A stretch of DNA of 64,000 nucleotides from Mobula hypostoma (taxonomy: Eukaryota): the NCBI RefSeq assembly GCF_963921235.1, contig NC_086097.1:241368001-241432000 (forward strand). Direction: 5' to 3'. The notes under the pieces were generated by a model. That model did not search any database and was not told the origin of the DNA. It worked only from the letters and a program-made list of their open reading frames with translations. The position numbers and the translations under genes were made by a program. Numbering within the stretch: the first letter of the stretch is position 1; each line of letters opens with the position of its first letter. This document shows, one piece after another, positions 50,774 to 62,900 of this stretch.

Positions 50774-51225
50774 TAAATAAGATGCTATCTAACTTGGAGA
50801 GAATTTCCAGCATTTTTGTTTGAATTCACTGGCACTATGTTCCATTTACTGAGTTTAAATTCCCAACCACAGTGCTAGGGTTTCAATGCAGGGTTCCATT
50901 GGTTTGGTCCTTCTGGAGTACGAGTCCAGCAATTTAAGTTCTGCACACCCTTGACCACAGTTAACCAGAATCGATTCTTGATAGAAGTGCACGTGCAGTT
51001 TCCCTGAATCAAACACCTTTCAGAACCAACAGCTTGAACACTTTCCCCACAAACCCCAGGAGACCAAAATCAATCCTGCAAATCCCTCATCCTATAAGAG
51101 AATAAAATAAAAAATCTCAAAGTTTGCATTGAGAACCCACCTGGTTGTTGGCTCCATTCCACTCAGTATTGAATATTTACATTACTGGCCATTTGAATGG
51201 GTGGGGGAAAGGTAAGTTTGTAATA

Positions 51226-51724
51226 TACCCTCAGTGATCATTTTATTAGTTTTCTCTTAATAATTGTACATTATAAACAACCACAACACTGATGCTCTTC
51301 TGCACACCACTGTTGTAATATGTAACATTTGAGTTATTTTCGCCTTCCTCGCCTTGAACAAATCTAGCCATTTTCTTCTGACTTCTCTCATTAACAAGGT
51401 GTCTTTGCCCACAGAGCTGCCACATCACTGGATGTCTTTTGTTTTTTGGGCCATTCTCTATAAATTCTAGAGATCGTCGGGCATGAAAACCCCAGGAGAT
51501 CAGCAGTTTCTGAGATACTCAAACCTCCCCGCCTGGCACCAACAACCATTCCACGCTCAAAGTCACTTAGATCACATTTCTTCCCCATTCTGATGTTGGT
51601 CTGAACAACAACTGAACCTCTCGACCATGTCTGCCTGCTTTTATGCTGCCACATGATTGGCTGATTAGGTATTTTCATTAATGAGCAGGTGTGTAGGTGA
51701 ACCTACTAGGGTGGCCATTATGTG
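51226..51724 (-). mobile_element. Tc1-like transposon, internally deleted
   Basis: MGKKCDLSDFERGMVVGARRGGLSISETADLLGFS..ISRIYREW is a Tc1 HTH; degenerate TIRs at both ends. Confidence 0.85.
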
Positions 51725-52959
51725 CAATGTGATATAAGAAAGTTATCTTTCCTCCATCACATTATATTGCTACTCAACTCCACTGAGAGCCTCTGTGTTG
51801 TGGTTATGAGTAACGTACAATTAAAATTAGATCTAATTTCTTAAAGCTTCATAGTTATGTGACTTTAAGGTTAAATCTTGAAAACTGTACCAAAATTTAC
51901 TAGGTCTATTTCCTAGGCATGTGAACATCAGCCAAATATATAATGCATGCTCAAAAGCCGTGGCCAACTGTGTGAATGAGTCACACAGATCAGGAAAACC
52001 ATGGGTTTAAACTTTGGCCGTTTCAGAATCCAGTCAGTCATAGTTAGCCCACAAGGTAAATTGTTTATATGCATTTACATTTGATATCTTCTTATTTACT
52101 GCCTATTTTTACCACTGGCATTTAGGGCAACAATGAAGATCCTCCATCTCTGTCCATATAGAAGGATTCTTCATTACTGTTTCCATAACGATTATTTTTT
52201 GAACAGTCCAAGTTGTTAGCCTTAAACTGAACCCAGAACCTGGAGGAGCACTGGACCGCTCTTTGTCTGACCTCTACCCTTTGACCTGTTTGTCATGGGT
52301 GACCCTCCCAAGAGCCAAAGCACAAGGCCCTGACTCCAGCCAACATAGCTCTCCAGATCATAGCGCCTCCAAACCCAACGACAAGGTTGTGGTCCTCTTG
52401 GTGGTTAATATCTTCTGTTTTAATTTAATTGTTGAACTAAATGTTTGCACTGTGGATGAACATTTTGATTTCTAAATTAGCTCTTCTCAGGACAACAATT
52501 AATTACAAGCTGTGACGATGCCTCACTATCTGACCGTGTAAAAGGATTAAATGAAGAGTTACAGCTCCTAATCCGAACATCAAGCAACAGTCAATTACCC
52601 CACGTGGACAAGAAAAGTTCTGTACATCTACTGTTGTGTGTTGTGTCTGTGCAACTACATATCAATTAAATAAAAGCACGCATGCAGGAGATGGCTTTAA
52701 CTGGTGTATTCACATTGCAGCGACAGAGCGAGAGAGAGAGAGCGAGAGATCAACGCTCATACATAGACGACAGATCATACATAATGTTAAGGGGAGTCAT
52801 TGCTCTAAAAGAAATATATCCATACATTATACTTTCTCCCCTTTAGATTAATGTAATATGAAACTGTATATGCACAAAACATTCAATTTCCCTTTCACAC
52901 GCCATATTCAAATAACCATGTTTTCACAGTAAGAGTTCATAACTGACTTCACAGTTCTA

Positions 52960-53900
52960 AAGATTCTTTTGGGTGGTCCTCTGTTTCTTTCAGGATAACG
53001 CCTGTGGACCTGAGGAGTGGCATCAGGCTTGGTAGGTGTCTTGTCTAAGACAACGTTCTTGGTCGCCAACGTCATGTTGCTGTCAGAGACATGATCATCA
53101 CTGAGAGGTAAGTTTGGTGGCTGTAATGTGTCCGTCTTGTTGAGTGCAGTCAATTCAGGTGTGTTTTTCCACTGAGCATCCAGTATCTGGTCCACATGAT
53201 GTCGCCATGTATGATCTCCAATATCGACTGTGTACATCAGTCGTCCAGTTCTTGTAGCTATCCTACTGGGGATCCATGCATCTTCTTGGTAATCACACAC
53301 TAGGACTTCCTGTCCAACCTCAAAGCTCTTTGCTGATAAACTTGGTTGAACTGTTTATTCTGCACTTCCCTCCGTAGATGCGGTTTCAGGAGGTCTATGC
53401 AAAATCTCAGATTCCTGCTCATGAACAGGATTGCAGGTGTTTGATTTATCATCGCATGAACAGAGTTCCAATACGCAAGAAAGAAATTGCCCACCTTGTG
53501 CTGCAGAGAAATGTCCTCCTTGTCCATCGCTTTAATGGATTTCTTGAATGTTTGGACAAACCTTTCAGCTAACCCATTTGTTGTTGGGTGGTGAGGAGGT
53601 GACTTGAAATGTCTGATAGCATTTTTCTTCATGAACAGTCAGAATTCTTCTGACATTGTCACTCACAATTTGTTCAAGTAAGATTTTTCTGGTGAAGATC
53701 GTCCTCAGATCAGAGACAGCCTTTGTTGAGGTGGTTGACTTTATTGGTATAACCTCTGGCCACTTTGAATGAGCACCCAAAGCGATTGGAAACATGGAGT
53801 CTGTGAATGGCCCAGCAAAGTCAGGATGGCTCTCTGCCATGGTGACGGTGGCCACTCCCACAGGTGTAACGGTGCCTGTGGGGGTGGATGTGTTGAGGTC
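52960..53900 (-). pseudogene. Gypsy integrase remnant
   Basis: PLHLWEWP..DFAGPF..HSKWPEV..IVSDN..PPHHPTTNGLAERFVQTFK, with frameshifts. Confidence 0.88.
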
Positions 53901-54049
53901 ACTTTTACACCAGACACATCTATTGTGATCCATATGATTTTCTGATCTGCTTCAGTAACACTATGCAATTTTAGGTGTGACAGCTTACCTTTGTCAGACT
54001 TGTGTTGTCTGACTCTGCTTCATATTTGGTCACTTCGCGCATTTGCTTA

Positions 54050-54748
54050 GTTTTGTGTTTGAAATTTTTCACTCGATGTGCTCTTTCTCTAAGTGTCCTT
54101 GTCGTGACACTTTCTGCAAACTTCTTCCTTGAGCCAACAGTCATTTGCGTATTGGATTTACCACATCAATAACATTTTTGGTTTTTTGCATCATTCAGGG
54201 GCATCTTGTGCATTTCACATTCTAATCTCCTTTTCTGTAGTTCTGCTGCATCCTTTGCTGCAGACTCTAGTGATATTGTAATGGACAATGCCTGTTCTAA
54301 GGTTAGGTCTCTTTCTGAGAGTAACCTCGTTTGAGTGCTTTAACTATGCATGCCTGTTCCTTAATGCATCAGAAAGTCCATCTCTAAAGTTACAGTACTG
54401 TGAAAGTTTGCGCAGTTCTGCACTGTGTTCTGAAATGCTTTCATGCTTTGACTAATTCCTTTTGTAAAATCTAAATCATCCAGCTGTTGCCAGTGGTTTA
54501 GGGCTCAAGTGATTTTGCAAAATTGTGACAATTTTGTCAAACATCTTGCTTGCTGGCTTTTCAGGAGTTACTAAGTTGCACAAGAGATTCTACGTCCTAG
54601 GATTCATTAAGCTAAGAAACGTAGGGGCTTTCTTTAGTTCCTTTACATTGTTTGCGTTACAATTCAGTTCATCCCTTTCGATATACAATACCCAGCCTTC
54701 ATTAATGCTATCAAATTCATCAACTTCCCAGAATGAAGCTGTCGCCAT
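54050..54748 (-). pseudogene. Gypsy gag remnant
   Basis: MATASFWEVDEFDS..WVLYIER..LVTPEKPA..LQNHLSPKP..FRFYKRN..ELRKLSQYCNF, with stops; degenerate Cys knuckle near 54.1 kb. Confidence 0.85.
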
Positions 54749-54980
54749 GTTATTTTCACTTTAACTTTGCTAGCTGCGTCTTTCACTGTGTCCTATGCCC
54801 TGTTACCCACACATCCCTTTGATAGCATCCATGACGGCTTTCTCAGCACTGTTTAACTCTTTCCTCTCACTGTAACGTCCTGTAACTGTCGGCGCCGTTC
54901 GTGATATTCTCTGACTTTCAAGTTCGTACTCGTCGCCAATTTGTTGTGTCTGTGCAACTATATATCCTTTAAATAAAATA

Positions 54981-55337
54981 TATTTCGTCTGTGTAGCCTT
55001 CGACCTGATGGCATGAATATCAATTTCTCTAATGTTCAGTCATTTTTTCCCCTTCACCCTCCCCTCTACTTCCATTCCCCACTCTGGCTCCCCTCTTAGC
55101 TCTTTGCTTCTCCTCAACTGGCCATCACCTCCCCCTGGGTTCCCCTCCTCCTTCCCTTTCTTCCATGGTCCACGCCCCTCTCCTGTCCTATCATATTCCT
55201 TCTTATTCACCTATCACCTCCTGGCTCCACACTTCATCCCCCCTCCCCCAGCCACCCACCTTCATCTATCACCTTTCAGCTTGTACTCCTTCCACTCCTC
55301 CTCATCTTTGTATTCTGGCTTCATCCCACTTCCTTTC
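54981..55337 (+). mobile_element. Penelope fragment between the partial and full 5' LTR copies
   Basis: AGCCTTCGACCTGATGGCATGAATATCAATTTCTC followed by the CT-rich pLTR tract. Confidence 0.75.
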
Positions 55338-55617
55338 TGTTGTGTCTGCGCACAACTACAAATTGATTTAAGTAAAAGCACCCACGCTGGTGATGGCTTT
55401 AACTGGTGTATTCACATTGCAGCGAGAGAGAGAGAGAGAGAGAGAGAAAATAATGTGCATGCACACACAACAGATCAATAAGCATATGTACACAACAAAT
55501 CATACACAATGGTAAGGGGAGTCATTGCTCTAAAAGAAATAGATCCATATATTACATTAATCTTGTAGTAATCTTGTAATCACATTGTTGATTAACCATT
55601 CTTGTTTGTCACAGCTC

Positions 55618-56207
55618 TCCGGTGAAATGATATCATCTCTGTTAAATAGGGGCCGTGGACAATTCTGATTTGATGGAGACAGATGTGAAAGCACAGAGGA
55701 ACATCTGGAGAAATTTCTGAAATGCCGGTTCGCTGCCGCTGTTATTGGGCAATCGAGAATCTTCCGGAGGGAACGCCCCAAAATCCCTGGCTTTGCCTGC
55801 TGCTGGCGACCGAGGCAGAGGTCGAATCGCTCGGATAGAGATGGTGCTCGGTACTCAGTGTCAGAGGGCTGATCGGAGCTCGAAGTTTTCGGACGACTCA
55901 GAGTCGGACTGTGGTCAGCATGGCAGGGAGAGTTTTCTTCCTTCTCCCATATGCGTGAGATGTGGGACTTTCGAGAGACTTTGAACTTTTTTACTGTGCC
56001 ATGGCCCGTTCTTCATCAAGTTATGGTATTGTTGCACTGTTGTAACTATATGTTATAATTATGTAGTTTTTGTTAGTTTTTCAGTCTTGGTCTGTCCTGT
56101 GTTTTTGTGATATCACACCGGAGGAATATTATATCATTTCTTAATGCATGCATTACTAAATGACAATAAAAGAGGACTGTGTGTCCTCATAATCTAATCT
56201 AATCTAA
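55618..56207 (+). mobile_element. Non-autonomous (CTAAT)n-tailed retroposon
   Basis: Homologous to 28375-28990; tail AATCTAATCTAATCTAAT. Confidence 0.75.
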
Positions 56208-56257
56208 TTCATTTTGGGTTTATATGTATAAATGCGTGAACTGTATATGTCATCATG

Positions 56258-56541
56258 CTGTAGTGTAGTGGTTAGCACAGCGTTTTACAGTACCAGTGAC
56301 CCAGGTTCAATTCCCGCCATTGTCTGTAAGGAGTTTGTACATTCTTTCCGTAACCGTGTGGCTTTCCTCCAGATTCTGTGGTTTCCTCTCACAGTCCAAA
56401 GACATACCAGTTGGTAGGTCAGTTGGTCATTGTAAATTGTCCCATGATTTGGTTAGGGTTAAATTGGTGGGTTGCTGGGCAGCACCGCTTGAAGGGCCAG
56501 AAGGGCCTATTCTGTGCCAATCTCAATAAATAAATAAATAA
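56258..56541 (+). mobile_element. HE1/V-SINE-like tRNA-derived SINE
   Basis: A box TAGTGTAGTGG, B box GGTTCAATTCC, V-domain GGTTTCCTCTCACAGTCCAAAGAC, CR1-like 3' end and (TAAA)n tail. Confidence 0.85.
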
Positions 56542-57118
56542 ACAATGTGATGTGTGCATGCCTCACTTAAAGTAAGCTCAAAGTTAGACCTGCATTTTGG
56601 ACTCCCTTCACTTCCTTTGAATCAGTTTAATGTTTTGAAGTTACAAAACTGAACAGCTACCACTCTTGATTGCTTTTCTGTATGAGGTTGTACTGAGAGA
56701 CATCAGGTTCAGATAGGGTTAAACTTCATCGGGAGGCTACCAAAGTCTGCAGTCTAGCTTGCAGACAAAAAAAGAAATCACTTAAGGAAAGGACCAGAAG
56801 AAAGAATTCCAGCTTTCCCTACCATCCTTAGGCAAGAAGCAAGCAAAAATGTGGAACAAATTCGGGATGTATGATAAACTGATAAATAAACTATATTCTT
56901 TTGCATTTCTTCTCCTCTATTCTAATTTAATTATCTGCATTCTGCTTGCAATGTGGAGGAAAAATTATGATTCCTAAATTAGCTCTTCTCAGGATAACAG
57001 ATGATTACAAAGTGTGACGAGGCTTCACTATCCAATTCTGTCATAGAATTAAAGAGTTACACTTGCAGATCTGAACAGAAGCGAGCTATGTTAGCAAGCG
57101 ACGACTCCATTTTTATAC

Positions 57119-57265
57119 CTAAATTTAGCAGATCGCTGTGGAAGATTGATTCCCTGGACAAAGTCAGAGATGTCGACTTTTTCAGTGTAAATCCATTACT
57201 GGGCATGCTCAATATGAATAATACTCTCCATTCAGCTGAAAACTGGCTTTCTCTCCTGTAGCCGT
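57119..57265 (-). other. Candidate 147-nt symmetric (phase 1-1) exon
   Basis: ttttcattcctcctgcag|ACGGC...AATTTAG|gtataa; single open frame GYRRESQFSAEWRVLFILSMPSNGFTLKKSTSLTLSRESIFHSDLLNL. Confidence 0.3.
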
Positions 57266-58534
57266 CTGCAGGAGGAATGAAAACTATTTACTGACGCTCA
57301 TCTTTTCACTTTCTCCATTTAACGTCCCTCCACTGAAATACAAGGCTCTCTTTTTAAATTATAGTCATTACGATTTACATTATTATTACACTGGGTTAAG
57401 TAAAGTACAGAAGTAAATCTGGAGTTACGTGTAAGCAATGCAACCGAGCAGAGATTTTGTGGATGTCTAGTTACATAAACAATAGGCTTCACGATTGGGA
57501 ACATGCGGATTATCTGATAGACGTGGAAAAATGGACAAAGCAAGATAAAGTAGGGAAAAGGACAGAAATCCAAAAAGAAAGATCATTAAAGCAACATGAT
57601 GTGTGGGAGGAGCTACGGAAACACACTAATTGTAAAATAACGGTAACGAAAATGAAACAAAGAGGGCTTCTACGAAGTTAATCTATTGCGAAATGCAAAT
57701 TTAAACGCAAGAGCCTATTTTCACAATCTGGGTTTGGCTGGAGTTGGTATGGAAATCATTTCCCTTTTAGGTGCAGTAGCTGCTCTCCCCAGACTCAACA
57801 AAGCAGCACAATATCATTTACATCTGATCCATAAAGTCTGACAAGTGCTTCTTTGTTTCCCCTCTCAGACTGGAAAGAACTGCCACATGTTAACATATCA
57901 GTATAAAATTGTACTTATTACACATAAAGCAATTTGCGAGTCTGGCTGAAGTTGACAAAGAAATTCAATGTTAACATACCAGTATGAATACTGATATCCC
58001 TTGATGCCGAATTTTATACTTTTAGTTCCACAGGGGTAATTGCATATAAACAGACCTTCATATACACAGTACAGCCTTAGTAGAAAGTATAGTTGTTGAT
58101 TTAATGCTCCTTTCAAACGTGTAAATGTTGTAAAGTGATAAATGTCATGCATTGCATTATATGAAGCATTCACTTATGACATTACATATCTGATACAGCA
58201 TATAAATTACATCCACATAATATTCTAACAAGCACCTTAGTATATAATTTCATGGAATGTAAGTTTGCCATCAATGGTTGTCTAAACTTTTCTTTTGACT
58301 CTAGTTTAGTGATTTAATTTCTAACCATGCACAATTACTAGTATATACAATTGCTCTATGTCCATTTTTGGCAATGAAACTTCACTCTAAGTCACTCTAA
58401 AGCTCTGCGTGAAAACTGAGAACTTCAAATGCAAGGTTCAGAAGGCAGTTTTTTAAGTTTTCTCTCTGCAGCACTGTGCTGAAATTGATGTTGTCGATCA
58501 CGACATCATGTTCCCTATTGACATTGTGCAAGGG

Positions 58535-58818
58535 GATGGCACAATGCTTTACAGTATAGGCACTCATGCTCGACTCCCACTGGTGCCTGTAAGGAGCTAG
58601 TACGTTCTTCCTGTGACTGCCTGGGTTTCCTCTGGGTGCTCTGGTTTACTCTACAGTCAGATTGGTAGATTAATTGGTCATTGTAAATTATCCCGTGATT
58701 AGGCTAGGATTAAAACAGAGATTGCCAGGCTGCACGGCTCAAAGGGCAGAAAGGGTCTATTCTGGGCTGTATCTCAATTTAAAAATAAATAAAGGTATGT
58801 AAATAAATTAATAAATAA
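58535..58818 (+). mobile_element. HE1/V-SINE-like copy (decayed)
   Basis: GGGTTTCCTCTGGGTGCTCTGGTTT..AATTGGTCATTGTAAATT..TCTCAAT plus an A-rich tail. Confidence 0.8.
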
Positions 58819-58944
58819 CCATGCAGAGCTTTGCTAATCTCCCTACTGTTACAGGGAGCAACCAATTCTGAGGCATGGAGTGACCCCGAGACCGAGCAAC
58901 TACTTGTGGCTGTGACCCGGAATTTCATGAAGAAAACTCTGTAC

Positions 58945-59597
58945 TCTTAAGATAAATTTGCAAATGACAACCTTGCACTCAGTGTCAGCAATACTGAAGA
59001 GTTAACTGTGGACCTCAGAAAGAGCAAGTCAAGAGAACTTACACCAGTCCATACTGAGGGGTCAACGGTAGAAAGGGTGAGCAGCTTCAGCCAACATCCC
59101 TGTGGATCTATTCCGGGCTCACGATATTGATGCAAGCGTGAAGAAGGCATGCCAGTGGTTAGGCTTCATTTGGAGCGTGAGGAGATTTGGTTTGTTACCA
59201 AAGACCTGAGCAAACCTCTGCAGATGAACTGCAGAGAGCATTGTGACTGGTTGCGTTACTGCCCGGGATGGAAGTTCCAACGCACAGGGATGAAAAACGC
59301 TGCAAGGTCTGTAAACATCCATCTCCACCATGGTCTCTACCCTCCCCGACATCGAGGATAACCTCAAGAGATAGTGGCTCAAGAAGGCAACATCCATTAT
59401 TAAGGACCCTCCCCATCTGGAACATGCCCTCTTCTCATCAGGAAGGTGGGTCAGGAGCCTGAAGACACCCACTTGCTGTTTCAGGAGCAGCTGCTTCCCC
59501 TCTGCCAACAGATTTCTGAGTGGATATTGAACTCATTAACACTACCTTATTACTTTAATGCACTGCTTAATTATTTATTGTTATATATAAATTCTTA
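58945..59597 (+). mobile_element. Rex1/Babar-like RT C-terminal fragment
   Basis: NLALSVSNTEELTVDLRK..VERVSSF..IIKDPPHLEHALFS-like remnant. Confidence 0.75.
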
Positions 59598-59899
59598 CAG
59601 GCATCCGTTAGTCTCGTGAGACCATGGATTTGCACCTTGGAAGGTTTCCAGGGCGTAGGCCTGAGCAAGGTTGTATGGAAGACTGGCAGTTGTCCATGCT
59701 GCAAGTCTCCCCTCTCCACGCCATGGATTTTGTCCAAGGGAAGGGCATTAGGACCCATACAGCTTGGCATCGGTGTCGTCACAGAGCAATGTGTGGTTAA
59801 GTGCCTTGCTCAAGGACACAACACGTTGCCACAGCTGAGGCTCGAACCAGTGACCTTCAGATCACTAGATGAACGTCTTAACCACTTGGCGACGCGCCA
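59598..59899 (-). mobile_element. tRNA-derived CORE-type SINE
   Basis: GGCGCGTCGCCAAGTGGTTAAGACG..GGTTCGAGCC head followed by TGTGTCCTTGAGCAAGGCACTTAACC, which resembles the MIR CORE domain. Confidence 0.75.
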
Positions 59900-59959
59900 A
59901 CACTATAGAGTAAATCTATATATACTTACGGTAATGCATAGTAAGTGAAGTGAATCATC

Positions 59960-62900
59960 AGAAAGACTAGTCCTGACATACCACCAGACCATCTTAAATC
60001 CATCACTGGATCTCCTGTAGTTTGCTTATCAACCACATATTGGAGCCAAGGATGCCATTACCTTCCTGCATCAACAGGCTTACACTCGCATGGATGAGCC
60101 AGGGAACACTAGGAGAATCACATTCTTTGATTTCTCCAGTGCCTTTAACACCATACGACCTGCTTTACCAGGGAGTAAGCTCACGGAGATGCAGGTGGAT
60201 GCTCCACTAGTGCCCTGGATTACAGACCGCCTGTCCAGACGACCACAGTATGTGGGATTGCAGAGCTGTGTATCAGATACTGTGGTTAGAAGCACAGGGG
60301 CACCTCAGAGGACTGTCCTGTTCACCAGCTACATCTGGGACTTCAGATTCCACTCAGAGTCCGGCCACCAGCAGAACTTTTTGGACACTTTGGTAGTTGT
60401 GGGGTGTATCAGCCAGAGTCAAGAGACTGAGTACAGAAGAGATGTGGACAACTTTGTTGGGTGGTGTGGTCTGAATCACCTGCAGCTCAGCATCACTAAG
60501 ACAAAGGAGTTGGTGGTGGACCTCAGGAAGGTAAAAGCACCCGGCATTACCATCTCCATCAAGGGAATGGATGTGGAAGTCATCTGTGACTACAAATACA
60601 TGGAAACATAGAAACACAGAAAACCGACAGCACAATACAGGCCTTTTGGCCCACAATGCTGTGCCAAACATGTACTTACTTAGAAATTACCCAAGGTTAC
60701 GCATAGCCCTCTATTTTTCTAAACTCCATGTACCTATCTAGGAGTCTCTTAAAAGACCCTATCGTATCCGCCTCCACCACCATCACCAGCAGCCCATTCC
60801 ACGTTCTCACCACTCGGTGTAAAAAAAACATCCCTGACATCTCCTCTGTACCTCCCTCCAAGCACTTTAAAACTGTGCCCTCTTGTGTTAGCCATTTCAT
60901 CCCTGGGAAAAAGCCTCTGACTATCCACATGATCAATGTCTCTCATCATCTTATACACCTCTATCAAGTCACTTCCCACCCTCCGCTGCTCCAAGGAGAA
61001 AAGGTCGAGTTCACTCAACCTATTCTCATAAGGCATGCTCCCCAATCCAGGCAACATCCTTGTAAATCTCCTCTGCACCCTTTCTATGGCTTCCACATCC
61101 TTCTTGTAGTGAGACAACCAGAACTGAGCACAGTACTCCAAGTGGAGTCTGACCAGGGTCCCATATACAGTAGCTGCAACATTACCTCTCGGCTTTTAAA
61201 CTCAATCCCATGGTTGATGAAGGTATGCCTTCTTAACCAAAGAGTCAACCTGCGCAGCAGCTTTGAGTGTCCTATGGATTCAGACCCCCAAGATCCCTCT
61301 GATCCTCCACAGTGCCAAGAGTCTTACCATTAATACTACATTCTGCCATCATGTTTGACCTACCAAAATGAACCACCTCACACTTACCTGGGTTGAACTC
61401 CATCTGTCACTTCTCAGCCCGGTTTTGCATCCTACTGACGTCTCGCTGTAACCTCTGACAGCCCTCCACACTATCCACAACACCCCCAACCTTTGTGTCA
61501 TTGGCAAATTTACTAACCCATCCTTTCACTTCCTCATCCAGGTCACTTATAAAAATCACGAAGAGTAGGGGTCCCAGAACAGATCCCTGAGGCACACCAC
61601 TGGTCACCGATCTCCATGCAGAATATGACCCATCTAAAACCACTCTTTGCCTTCTATGAGCAAGCCAATTCTGGATCCACAAATCAACGTCCCCTTGTAT
61701 CCCATGCTTCCTTACTTTCTCAATAGGCCTTACATGGGGTACCTTATCAAGTGCCTTGCTGAAATCCATATACACTACATCTACTGCTCTACTTTCATCA
61801 ACGTGTTTATTCACATCCTCAAAAAATTCATTCAGGCTCATAAGGCACAACCTGTCTTTGACAAAGCCATGCTGATTATTCCTAATCATATTCTGCCTCT
61901 CCAAATATTCATAAATCCTACCTCTCAGGATCTTTTCCATCAACTTAAAAACCACTGAAGACTCGCTAGTCTATAATTTCCTGGGCTATCTCTACTCCCT
62001 TTCTTGAATAAGGGAACAACATCTGCAACTCTCCAATCCTCTGGAACCTCTCCCATGCCCATTGATGATGCAAAGATCATTGCCAGAGGCTCAGCAATCT
62101 CCTCCCTTGCCTCCCACAGTAGCCTGGGGTACATCTCATCCAGTCCCAGAGACTTATCCCACTTGATGTTTTCCAAAAGCTCTAGCACATCCTCTTTCTT
62201 AATGTCTATATGCTCAAGCTTTTCAATTTGCTGTAAGTCATCCCTACAATCACCAAGATCCTTTTCCGTAGTGAATACTAAAGCAAAGTATTCATTAAGT
62301 ATCTCTGCTATCTCCTCCATTTCCATATACACTTTTCCACTGTCACACTTGATTGGTCCTATTCTCTCACATCTTATCCTTTTGCTCTTCACATACTTGT
62401 AGAATGCCTTGGGGTTTTCTTTAATCCTGCTCGCCAAGGCCTTCTCATGGCTCCTTCTGGCTCTCCTAATATCATTCTTAAGCTCCTTCTTGCTAGCATT
62501 ATAATTTTCTAGATCTCTATCATTACCTAGTTTTTTGAATCTTTCGTAAGCTTTTCTTTTCTTCTTGACTAGATTTACAATAGCCTTTGTACACCGTGGT
62601 TCCTGAACTCTACCACCCTTTCCCTGTCTCATTGGAACGTACCTTTACATTTGCCACATTTCTGCCATACAATTCCCTGAGAACATCTGTCCCAATTTAT
62701 GTTTCCAAGTTCCTGCCTGATAGGTTCATATTTCCCTTTATTCCAATTAAACGTTTTCCTAATTTGTCTGTTTCTATCCTTCTCCAATACTATGGTAAAG
62801 GAGATAGAATTGTGATCACTATCTCCAAAATGCTCTCCCACTGAGAGACCTGACACCTGACCGGGTCATTTCTCAATACCAGATCAAGTACAGCCTCTCC

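Larger units (their letters stand above)
52639..55556 (-). mobile_element. Gypsy LTR retrotransposon, internally deleted and decayed
   Basis: LTRs at 52639-52831 and 55338-55556 (plus a partial copy from 54942); PBS TGGCGACGAG at ~54929-54938; PPT AAAGGGGAGAAAG at 52832-52844; gag and integrase remnants. Confidence 0.9.

Noticed and set aside
52445..52540. C/D box snoRNA (GGATGA...CTGA with a short stem)
   Set aside because: The boxes are not conserved in the paralogous copy (GGAGGA, CCAA) and I recognise no rRNA antisense element.
57693..57700. Octamer ATGCAAAT as an Ig or snRNA promoter
   Set aside because: A single 8-mer is expected by chance in 64 kb, and no V segment, leader or snRNA lies nearby.
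59820..59899. tRNA gene
   Set aside because: The tRNA-like head continues into a CORE-type SINE body with no acceptor stem or terminator; the heads at 50040 and 56258 are likewise SINE heads.
60728..61333. Plus-strand 201-aa ORF and similar antisense ORFs across the window
   Set aside because: They are antisense shadows of CR1, Rex1 or Penelope sequence.
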